Shown here piece by piece: positions 53,573 through 61,517 of a DNA stretch of 64,000 bases (position 1 is the first letter of the stretch; each line of letters opens with the position of its first letter). A program made the position numbers and the translations under genes. The stretch spans positions 434,848-498,847 of the forward strand of contig JAEUKT010000002.1 in NCBI GenBank assembly GCA_016794125.1, read 5' to 3'. This DNA comes from Alphaproteobacteria bacterium (GTDB lineage: Bacteria > Pseudomonadota > Alphaproteobacteria > Micavibrionales > UBA2020). The notes beneath the pieces were generated by a model, which saw nothing but the letters and a program-made list of their open reading frames with translations, made no database searches and had not been told where the DNA came from.

Positions 53573-54391
53573 ATGAAGCTATGCAAATACTGGGATGTCG
53601 CGGAAACATCCGCTTCGGATGCCAACGGAAAAACGCTGCGCCTGCGCAAATGGGGCGGGTCGAACACAAGCCTGGACGATGCCCGCAAACAGGCGCGCGC
53701 GGCACTGGACAGCCTTGTGCAGCGCGTCGCCAGCGCGTCGTTCCGCCGCGACGATTACAGTTACAGCATGCGCGACGTGCCGGAGGAGTTGATCAAGGAA
53801 ATCGGCACAAACGCCGGTATCACGCGCAACGGCAAGGGCTGCCTTGTGCTGAACACGGCGGAGGCCATGTTCGTGGATATCGACATTTCCGGCCCGGGAT
53901 TTTTCGCAAAGCTGTTCGGCGCGACGCGCGAAGGCGAGGAAAAGAAATACATCGCAAGACTGAAGGAATACCTGCTGCAAAACCCGGATGCCGGCGTGCG
54001 CATTTACCGCACGCGCGGCGGATTGCGTTACCTGTTCACCCATGCGCCGCAACCCGTGAACGACGCGGCCATCGCGCTGCTGCGGCAGTTGGGATCGGAT
54101 AAATTATATGTGCAGCTGTGCCGCAACCAGAACTGCTACCGCGCGCGGCTGACACCCAAGCCGTTCCGCATCGGATGCCCGCGCATCGAGGGGCATTACC
54201 CCTATGCCACGCCCGCGCTGCAGGACGGTTTCAGGCGCTGGCTGGACATGTATGACCGCAACAGCCGCGATTACGCGGTCTGCGCATTCCTGACGGCGGA
54301 GGGTAACGGCCGCATCCACCCCGCGATTGCGCCGGTCATGGCGGAACACGACGCGGCATCCCGCGCGGCCGAGCCGTTACAACTGGCGTAA
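53573..54391 (+). CDS. Hypothetical protein (272 aa) with AEP/primase-polymerase-like motif order
   Basis: It starts 1 nt after the previous stop. Ordered motifs are FVDIDI, TRGGLRYLFTH and GSDKLYV...CYRARLTPKP. The CDS call is reasonably safe, but the fold assignment is speculative. Confidence 0.6.
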   Translation: MKLCKYWDVAETSASDANGKTLRLRKWGGSNTSLDDARKQARAALDSLVQRVASASFRRDDYSYSMRDVPEELIKEIGTNAGITRNGKGCLVLNTAEAMFVDIDISGPGFFAKLFGATREGEEKKYIARLKEYLLQNPDAGVRIYRTRGGLRYLFTHAPQPVNDAAIALLRQLGSDKLYVQLCRNQNCYRARLTPKPFRIGCPRIEGHYPYATPALQDGFRRWLDMYDRNSRDYAVCAFLTAEGNGRIHPAIAPVMAEHDAASRAAEPLQLA

Positions 54392-54415
54392 CAGGTAACA
54401 CGTAACGCCAAACGC

Positions 54416-54451
54416 AAAAAACCCTGCGGGCATCACCCGCAGGGTTTTTTT
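54416..54451. terminator. Bidirectional rho-independent terminator
   Basis: An A-run, a stem ccctgcggg/cccgcaggg with loop catca, then a 7-nt T-run. It lies between the convergent 272-aa gene and the RTX gene. Confidence 0.8.
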
Positions 54452-54473
54452 GTTGGATCCGATGCGTAACGGG

Positions 54474-57400
54474 TTAGGTCACGATCAGGTTGCCGTTACC
54501 GAGAACGGTCGTCTCGTCGGTGCCGAGGTTGACGTTCAGGAGCGTCGCGTAAGTCACGAAACTGCTGCCGCCCGCAAGCCCGTTCACATCCACCTTGACG
54601 ATGGTATTCGCGCCCGACTGCGTGATCTGGATGAATTCAGACACGTTGCCGTTATAACCGACAAGGATGTCGGAGAAGTCAAGTGCATCGCCGCCACCGC
54701 CCTGCTGGAAGTCGGTGATGGTGTCGGCACCCTGATTGGCCGCGCCCCAATAGAAGGTGTCGCTGTCACCGCCGCCAGTCAGGCGGTCTGCGCCCAAGCC
54801 GCCTTCGAGGATGTCGGAGCCCAGACCGCCGATGAGCGTATCGTTGCCCGAACCGCCGAACAGCGAGTTGGAACCGTCGTTGCCGGTGATGGTGTTGGCA
54901 AGCGTATTGCCCGCGCCGTCATTGTTGCCAACGCCCAGCAGCGTGAGCTTTTCAAAGCCGGTGCCCAGCGTCCAGTCAACGCCGTTCGCGAACACGGTTT
55001 CGATACCCGAGGTATCGGTCAGCACGTCGCCGTTGCTATCGACATAATAGGTGTCGTTGCCGGCGCCGCCGTTCAGGTGGTCGTCGCCGCCGCGGCCATC
55101 GAGGATGTTCGCGCCGGAGTTGCCGTTGATGGTGTTGTTGGCCGCGTTGCCGTAGCCGTTGAGGGCGGCCGAACCCGTGAGGGTCAGGTTATCAACATTG
55201 ATATCGCCGCGCACATCCATGTCGAAGCTGACGCTGGATACGACGTTGTCGGTACCCATTGCCGAACCTTCGACCGAATCGCCGGCATTGTCCACCACAT
55301 GGGTGACCGTGCCGCCGATGCTGTCGTTCACCAGCAGATCGGCACCGAGACCGCCGTTGAGGGTGATGTTCGCGCCAATGCCTTCTGCCGTCAGCATGTT
55401 ACCGCCCGCGCTGCCGGTCAGCGTGCCAGCCGCCGTGATGACGCCGTTTTCGACGTTCGCCGCCAGCAGGTAGGTGACGCTGGTCTGGACGGTGTCGGTG
55501 CCGGAGCCAATCGTATTGGCTTCGACGACCACATCGGTCGTGGAGTCGATGACGTAGTAATCGTCGCCGTCGCCACCGACCAGACGGTCAACACCGCCGC
55601 CGCCGATCAGCGTATCGTTGCCGCCAAGGCCGGTCAGCGTGTTGTTGCCCGAGTTGCCGGTGATGTTATCGTTATCGCCGGTACCGGTCGCCGAGAGGTT
55701 CGCGGCGCCGGTCAGGATCAGGTTTTCGACGTTGCTGCCGGTGAGCGTGAAGGTGACCGAGGAATAGACGGTATCGTTGCCTTCACCAAAGTTCTCGAAC
55801 ACCTGATCGGACGCGTTATCGACATAGTAGGTGTCGTCACCCTGGCCGCCGAACATGCTGTCGGCACCCGTGCCGCCGTCCAGCGTATCGTTGCCGATAT
55901 AGGCGTACAGCCCGTCGTTGCCAGCAAGACCTTGCAGGAAGTTCACATCGTCGGTGCCGGTGATGACGTTGTCGAGGTTGTTGCCGGTGCCGTCGATTGC
56001 GCCGACCACAAGCGTGTCGAGCGTGAGGTTTTCGATGCCGGAGCCGAGCGTGAAGGAAGCGGATGCGAACACTTCGTCAAAGCCGCCGCCGAAATCGGTT
56101 GCGACATCGCCGGTGTTATCAACGATGAAGTAATCGTTGCCCGCGCCGCCTTCCATGCTGTCCGCGCCCGCGAGACCGTCGAGCGTGTTGTTGCCGGAGT
56201 TGCCGGTCAACACGTTGTTGGCCGCGTTACCGGTCGCGTTGAAATCGCCCGTACCCGACAGGGTGAGGTTTTCGAATTCGGCCGCGATGGTATAGGTATA
56301 GCCCGCAATCACGGTGTCGGTGCCTTCGCCCGCCACTTCGGACAATACGTCGCCGGGGTTATCGGTGATGTAGGTGTCATTACCGGCACCCCCGATGAGG
56401 GTATCGAGACCCGCGCCGCCATCCAGCGTGTTATTGCCGGTGTTGCCGGTAATGGTGTTGACACCTGCGTTGCCCGTGCCGTCGATATTGCCGCTGCCGG
56501 TGAGGTTGAGGATCTCGATCTCCGCCGTCGGGCTGATCGTAAAGGAGGCCGAGGCGTTGACGGTATCGGTGCCCGCCACCGCCACTTCGAACACCTGGTC
56601 GCCGGAGTTGTCGACGAAGTAGGTGTCGTTGCCGATCCCGCCCGACATCGCATCCGCGCCGCCGGCGCCGTCGATGGTGTTGTCGTTGCCGTTGCCGGTG
56701 ATGATGTTGGTGCCCGAATCACCGATCGCGGTGACAGCCGCGCCGGTGATGGTCAGGTTTTCGATGTTGCCGGACAGCGTGTAGTCGACCGAGGAAATCA
56801 CCGTGTCGGTGCCTTGGCCCGCCACTTCGGAGATCTGGTCGGAAACGTTGTCGACAATGAAAGTGTCGTTGCCGAGGCCGCCGATCATCATGTCGACATC
56901 CGCGCCGCCGTCCAGCGTGTCGTTGCCGTCGCCGCCGTTCAGGTAGTCGTTGCCGGCAAGGCCGGAAAGCGTGTTGTTGCCGGTGTTGCCGGTGATGCTG
57001 TTGCCATCCGCCGTGCCCGCGCCGTTGATGTGGGCGGTGCCGGTGAGGGTGAGGTCGCGCACATCGGTCGTGTTGACGGCGAGGTCCCAGCTGATGCTGG
57101 AGTGGACCTCGTCAAAGAACTGGCCGTATTTGTTGGCATCGCCGTCCACTGTGTCGCCCGCGTCGTCGACGACGAACACGGTGCGATTGTCGGAGGTGCT
57201 GCTCATGGCATCCGCGCCCGTGCCGCCGTTCAGGGTGGTCGTGCCGCCCAGATCGCCGAACGAGAAGGATTGCGCGTTGTTGACCAGCGTGTCGTTGCCG
57301 CCGCCACCATTCAGGACGTTGTTGATGGTGCCGTAATAGCCGGTGGAGTTGTCGGTGATGACGTTCGCGCCGCTGTTGCCGGTCCCGGTCAGCGAGGCGC

Positions 57401-58862
57401 TGCCGTACTTGACGTAGGTCTGCAGCGTCAGGTTTTCGAGGTCGCCCGACAGCGTGTAGGAAATGCTGTTCGCGATGACGGTGTCGGTGCCCTGGCCCAC
57501 GCCTTCGGTGATCTGGTCGCCGGTGTTATAAATAACGTAGGTATCATTGCCGAGCCCGCCGATCATGGTGTCGGTGCCGCCCGCGCCGCCGCCATCCAGC
57601 GTGTTGTTGCCGGTGTTGCCGGTCAGTACGTTCGAACCGCTGGTGCCGGTGCCATCGGTGTTGCCCGAACCCAACAGAATGAGGTTTTCGACTGAGATTG
57701 CACTGTTCAGGTTGTAGCTGACATCCGACCGGATTGTGTCGGTGCCGATGCCGCCGTCGATGACTTCGCTGCCTGAGTGCACGAACAGCACGTCGTTACC
57801 GCCGTTGCCGTTCAGGGTGTCGGTACCAGAGACGCCGTCAAGCGAGTTGTCGCCTGAGTTACCATTAATGATGTTATCAGCCGCGTTGCCCGTGCCGTTG
57901 AAGGCACCGGTGCCGGTAAGGTTCAGGTTTTCAAAGTTGGCGAGCAGCGTGTAGGTGAAGCCCGCATTGACCGTGTCAGTACCTTCGCCCACGGCTTCGG
58001 TAACGGTGTCGCTTGCGTTATCCATGAAATACGTATCGTTACCCAGACCGCCGACCATGGCATCGTTATCGGCGCCGCCGTCCAGCGAGTCGTTGCCATT
58101 ACCGCCTACCAGCGAGTCGTTGCCCGCCGCGCCCAGCAACGTGTTGCCGAGGTTGTTGGCAGTCAGGATGTTGGCACCCGAGTTGCCGGTCGCGGTTGCG
58201 CCCGCTCCTGCTGCTGCGGAAAGGGTGAGGTTTTCAACGCCAGTGCTTTGCGAGGTGAGGCTCCAGCTCAGGTCTGCGACGATCGTATCGGATGCGCCGA
58301 CAGCGCCGACGATGGTGTCGCCCGCTTGATCGACAAGGAACACCACGTTATTGCCGCCGCTGGTACCGGACATGATATCCGCGCCAGCCCCGCCATCGAG
58401 CGTGTTGGTGCCAGTCGCTTCGCTGACCAGCGTGTTTGTGAGCGCGTTGCCCGTGAGCGTCACGCCGCCGGAGCCGAAGCTGCTGATGCGACCGTTTTCG
58501 ATGAAGCTACCGAGCGTCCAGTTGACGAGCGTGTTGACTTCGTCAATGCCGCCGCCTGCCGAAGTTGCATCGGTTTCTTCGACCACATCGTTCACGCTGT
58601 CGACGTAGTAAATATCACTGCCGTCGCCGCCATACATGAAATCGTCGCCGGTGCCGCCATCCATCGTGTCATTGCCCTCGCCGCCCAGCAGCGCGTCATC
58701 ATCCGCGCCGCCATTCAGCACGTCGTTGCCCAAGCCTCCATCGATCAGGTCATTGCCAGCAAGACCGCTCAACGTGTCGCTGCCTTTGTCGCCAAGAATG
58801 GTGTCAGCGGTAGCGCCGCCCGAAAGAGTGTCAGCGATGATAGAGCCTTTGACGAGTGCCAT
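54474..58862 (-). CDS. Giant RTX-type calcium-binding repeat protein (1462 aa), probable type I secretion substrate
   Basis: GGxGxDxx nonapeptide runs occur at the N-terminus (GGLGNDVLNGGADDDALLGGEGNDTMDGGTGDD) and near the C-terminus (GGSGNDTLIGGLGSDILEGGLGADRLTGGGDSDTFYW). About 13 modules of roughly 90 aa follow the pattern GTDTV..S.SYTL...ENLTLTG...GTGN..N.ITGN.GNN.LDG..G.D.M.GG.GNDTY.VDN. The C-terminal end is acidic and hydrophobic, typical of uncleaved T1SS signals. Confidence 0.9.
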   Translation of the reverse strand: MALVKGSIIADTLSGGATADTILGDKGSDTLSGLAGNDLIDGGLGNDVLNGGADDDALLGGEGNDTMDGGTGDDFMYGGDGSDIYYVDSVNDVVEETDATSAGGGIDEVNTLVNWTLGSFIENGRISSFGSGGVTLTGNALTNTLVSEATGTNTLDGGAGADIMSGTSGGNNVVFLVDQAGDTIVGAVGASDTIVADLSWSLTSQSTGVENLTLSAAAGAGATATGNSGANILTANNLGNTLLGAAGNDSLVGGNGNDSLDGGADNDAMVGGLGNDTYFMDNASDTVTEAVGEGTDTVNAGFTYTLLANFENLNLTGTGAFNGTGNAADNIINGNSGDNSLDGVSGTDTLNGNGGNDVLFVHSGSEVIDGGIGTDTIRSDVSYNLNSAISVENLILLGSGNTDGTGTSGSNVLTGNTGNNTLDGGGAGGTDTMIGGLGNDTYVIYNTGDQITEGVGQGTDTVIANSISYTLSGDLENLTLQTYVKYGSASLTGTGNSGANVITDNSTGYYGTINNVLNGGGGNDTLVNNAQSFSFGDLGGTTTLNGGTGADAMSSTSDNRTVFVVDDAGDTVDGDANKYGQFFDEVHSSISWDLAVNTTDVRDLTLTGTAHINGAGTADGNSITGNTGNNTLSGLAGNDYLNGGDGNDTLDGGADVDMMIGGLGNDTFIVDNVSDQISEVAGQGTDTVISSVDYTLSGNIENLTITGAAVTAIGDSGTNIITGNGNDNTIDGAGGADAMSGGIGNDTYFVDNSGDQVFEVAVAGTDTVNASASFTISPTAEIEILNLTGSGNIDGTGNAGVNTITGNTGNNTLDGGAGLDTLIGGAGNDTYITDNPGDVLSEVAGEGTDTVIAGYTYTIAAEFENLTLSGTGDFNATGNAANNVLTGNSGNNTLDGLAGADSMEGGAGNDYFIVDNTGDVATDFGGGFDEVFASASFTLGSGIENLTLDTLVVGAIDGTGNNLDNVITGTDDVNFLQGLAGNDGLYAYIGNDTLDGGTGADSMFGGQGDDTYYVDNASDQVFENFGEGNDTVYSSVTFTLTGSNVENLILTGAANLSATGTGDNDNITGNSGNNTLTGLGGNDTLIGGGGVDRLVGGDGDDYYVIDSTTDVVVEANTIGSGTDTVQTSVTYLLAANVENGVITAAGTLTGSAGGNMLTAEGIGANITLNGGLGADLLVNDSIGGTVTHVVDNAGDSVEGSAMGTDNVVSSVSFDMDVRGDINVDNLTLTGSAALNGYGNAANNTINGNSGANILDGRGGDDHLNGGAGNDTYYVDSNGDVLTDTSGIETVFANGVDWTLGTGFEKLTLLGVGNNDGAGNTLANTITGNDGSNSLFGGSGNDTLIGGLGSDILEGGLGADRLTGGGDSDTFYWGAANQGADTITDFQQGGGGDALDFSDILVGYNGNVSEFIQITQSGANTIVKVDVNGLAGGSSFVTYATLLNVNLGTDETTVLGNGNLIVT

Positions 58863-59092
58863 GGATGTGTAGTCCTTTGTTTTGTGAAATTATGAATGGG
58901 GCGAATTTTAAAGCAGTTGAATCCTAGGCGGCAAATATACGCGGATTTCCTTGATTTGAAAATGGTTTAATCGTTATCCGGCGCACGTGTTTATGGTGAA
59001 TGAAGCAATCGCGATTATTTTGATTTCCAAAACCGGCGGTGCTAATGCTGGGCGGTATATATCGTGTTCAACATCTTTGCGGCGTCCACCTT

Positions 59093-59620
59093 ATGAATAA
59101 TCTATCAGGCCTTGAGGCTCGCTATGGCGTTTGCGACCGGCTGGACGAATATAGGCTGCTGCCGGTATTCCAGAATATCACCGAGGCGCTGGGTCTGCAG
59201 ATCATCGACCTGTGGCGGCGCAACCATGCGCTGCCGGCAGGCAGCGACCCTGCGCAACGCGTGCCGCAGGTCGTGCTGGCCGCGATTGATGCGGAGGATA
59301 AACTGGTGGCGGTCAGCACCGCTTATCGTGCGCCTTTTTCGCATAGCGGCCTGCAGGGAGGAGCGGAGGGCGCGTTTTATTTCTTCCGCACTTTCGTGCA
59401 GCCGGGCGACCGCCGCCACAACCTGCCCAAGAAACTGACGAATTCAACCTATGACCACCTGAAAACCCTGCCGGCGGCGGGACGGCCGCAAGGTGTCGTC
59501 ATCGTCGCCGAAAACCCCAAGCTGACGAAAAAACTGCTGGAACACGAGCTGGGCCCGTTCGGCTGGATTCATATCGGTCAAGACGCGCGCGGCAAGCAGG
59601 TGTTCCGCCGCGATTTTTAA
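59093..59620 (+). CDS. Hypothetical protein (175 aa), weakly GNAT-like
   Basis: The start is set at MNNLSGLEARY. The segment FFRTFVQPGDRRHNLPKKLTNSTYDHL loosely resembles GNAT motif A. The family assignment is low confidence. Confidence 0.45.
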   Translation: MNNLSGLEARYGVCDRLDEYRLLPVFQNITEALGLQIIDLWRRNHALPAGSDPAQRVPQVVLAAIDAEDKLVAVSTAYRAPFSHSGLQGGAEGAFYFFRTFVQPGDRRHNLPKKLTNSTYDHLKTLPAAGRPQGVVIVAENPKLTKKLLEHELGPFGWIHIGQDARGKQVFRRDF

Positions 59621-60705
59621 AGCGCGGCCAGGATATTGCCGTCAAGCGGCGGGTGGCTGAGCAGCCCCTTCAGGTCTTCACCGGCAAAGCCGACGGCCAT
59701 CGGGCATGTCACGCCGGTCAGCACCGCGACATCATAGACTTCGCCGATGCCTTCGATATGCATCCATTCGGCGCGCTTGCCTGTTTCAAGATCGACGACA
59801 TCGATGCCGCAGACAGGATCGAGCCTGGCATCACGCAGCTTGCCGTCCAGCGGCAGGCCTTCGAAATGTTTGTCGCGCGGTTTCGACAGTCCGACATAGG
59901 CGTATTTTCCGTGGAACGACAACCCGCGCAGGAAACCCGGCAGGAACGCGCGCGGCTGGAATTTCTTTGTCGCCAGATCGACCGTGCCCAGTTCGCCGGT
60001 GCCGGAATTCAGCACCCAGAGCTGCCCGTTGTGCAGGCGCGGCGAATGCGGCATCGACATGCCGTCGCATACAATTTCATTCGTCTGCACATCCATCACC
60101 ATGCCGCCGCCCGCGCGGAATGCGCGCCAGCCCTGCGCCGTATCGCTGGGGCCGCACAGCGTGACATAGCGCGGTTTGCCGTTTTCCATCGCAAGACCGT
60201 TCAGGTGGCAGCGGTCTTCGCCGAAAATGCCCGAGATAAAGGGCGGTTTCCACACGGGGATAAAGCTGTCTTTCGGGCTGGTGGTGGCAAGGCAGTTGAA
60301 CAGCGTGTTGACGAAAATAATCTCGCCGTTCGACAACTGTCCCACATCATGCGCGTCCAATACGCCTGTATTATATGTCGTGCGCGGGACGTAGCAGGCA
60401 TCATAGGTGCTGTTGACCGTCTTGCCCTTCGGCAGCGCGTTTTCGAAGCGTTGCATCTGGTACAGCGTCGCGAGCAGCAATGTGTTGCCCGTCACATGCA
60501 GCCCCATCGCCTTTTCGAAGTTGCGCGCATGCACCATCAGCTGCCCCTGCGGCGCGCGGCCGAGCAGATAGAATTTTCCTGACTGGTAGGAGGTCAGCGC
60601 CAGCGATATGCCAAGCTTGCCCAGATGTCCGGTAAAGCCGTCCGACATCGTGAAGGAAGCCTTTGGCGCGGATTGTTCGGGCGTTGTGGCGGGCTGGGTC
60701 TGCAT
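59617..60705 (-). CDS. Conserved hypothetical protein resembling the TIGR03032 / DUF4915 family (beta-propeller-like)
   Basis: Motifs EDRCHLNGLA, MPHSPRLHNGQLWVLNSGTGELG and GFLRGLSF match what I recall of that uncharacterised family. I have not checked this against a database. Confidence 0.55.
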   Translation of the reverse strand: MQTQPATTPEQSAPKASFTMSDGFTGHLGKLGISLALTSYQSGKFYLLGRAPQGQLMVHARNFEKAMGLHVTGNTLLLATLYQMQRFENALPKGKTVNSTYDACYVPRTTYNTGVLDAHDVGQLSNGEIIFVNTLFNCLATTSPKDSFIPVWKPPFISGIFGEDRCHLNGLAMENGKPRYVTLCGPSDTAQGWRAFRAGGGMVMDVQTNEIVCDGMSMPHSPRLHNGQLWVLNSGTGELGTVDLATKKFQPRAFLPGFLRGLSFHGKYAYVGLSKPRDKHFEGLPLDGKLRDARLDPVCGIDVVDLETGKRAEWMHIEGIGEVYDVAVLTGVTCPMAVGFAGEDLKGLLSHPPLDGNILAAL

Positions 60706-60766
60706 AAACCGTGCTTTCCTGAAAAATGGATTCCGCCGGGATTATATGCAGGTTATCGCGGGAAAA

Positions 60767-61159
60767 CTAGCCGAGACGTTTTTTGCGCGCTTCGTCGAAA
60801 CCATGCAGCCCCATATGCCATTGCAGCGCGACCACCATGCCCTTGACCGGCTGCAGCATCAGCCAGGACAACCCAACCGCGACCGGCGGCCAGACCAGCA
60901 CGTGGAACAGGTACGGCGGCGAGAAATGCTTTTCCGTGAACATCACCAGCGGCACAAGAATATGGCCGAGGATGAGGATGACGATATAGGCGGGAAAATC
61001 ATCGGCGCGGTGGTGGTGGAATTCCTCGCCGCAATCCGCACAACGGTCTGCCACCTTCAGGTGCGCGCGGAAAACCGAACCTTTGTTGCAGGCAGGGCAT
61101 TTGCCGCGCAAGCCCCGCGCAAGCGAGGTGGTCAGAGATTGTGGGGCGGGCGTGGTCAT
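60767..61159 (-). CDS. DUF983 family membrane protein
   Basis: The zinc-ribbon-like CPACNKGSVFRAHLKVADRCADCGEEF is followed by ADDFPAYIVILILGHILVP. Confidence 0.8.
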   Translation of the reverse strand: MTTPAPQSLTTSLARGLRGKCPACNKGSVFRAHLKVADRCADCGEEFHHHRADDFPAYIVILILGHILVPLVMFTEKHFSPPYLFHVLVWPPVAVGLSWLMLQPVKGMVVALQWHMGLHGFDEARKKRLG

Positions 61160-61250
61160 GATGTTTCTCCTGCCGTATTATATAAGACATGGCGGCGCAA
61201 TTGACAGGCGATTGCGCGGCAAAGAAGCAGCATTGATTTTAGGGAGAAAA

Positions 61251-61325
<75 letters not shown>

Positions 61326-61364
61326 ATCGTGCGCCGGAGAATCCACCAGCGCGGGTACCCAAGA

Positions 61365-61393
61365 GAAATATGGGATTTGGGCGGCTTTGTCAA
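61365..61393 (-). promoter_or_regulatory. Candidate sigma70-type promoter for tRNA-Gly
   Basis: The minus strand reads TTGACA-N17-TATTTC, about 40 nt upstream of the tRNA 5' end. Confidence 0.3.
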
Positions 61394-61456
61394 GAAATCC
61401 AAAACAGATTAATTTTGCCGATTTAGCATTTAAAATCAGTCGATTAACGCGGAAGT

Positions 61457-61492
61457 AAAAACCCGCCCCTGTTTCCGGGGGCGGGTTTTTTC
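61457..61492. terminator. Bidirectional rho-independent terminator downstream of the FadB-like gene
   Basis: The sequence aaaaacccgcccc-tgtttcc-ggggcgggtttttt forms a GC-rich stem flanked by A and T runs. Confidence 0.75.
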
Positions 61493-61517
61493 AAAGTTTT
61501 CGCTTTAAAAACGCGGA

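Noticed and set aside
54450-57695. 1081-aa plus-strand ORF
   Set aside because: It is antisense to the RTX gene. The Gly/Asp/Asn/Thr codon periodicity of the RTX frame keeps the opposite strand free of stops. The product is a monotonous V/A/G/R/D string without motifs.
54474-58862. CRISPR-like or tandem-repeat periodicity in the DNA
   Set aside because: The periodicity is the roughly 270-nt protein-module repeat of the RTX gene. The copies are diverged and in-frame, there is no repeat-spacer structure, and no cas genes are present in the window.
59093-59620. HlyC-type RTX toxin-activating acyltransferase next to the RTX gene
   Set aside because: The size is similar, but the sequence lacks anything resembling the HlyC-family pattern I know. 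At best it is weakly GNAT-like, so I do not call it an RTX activator.
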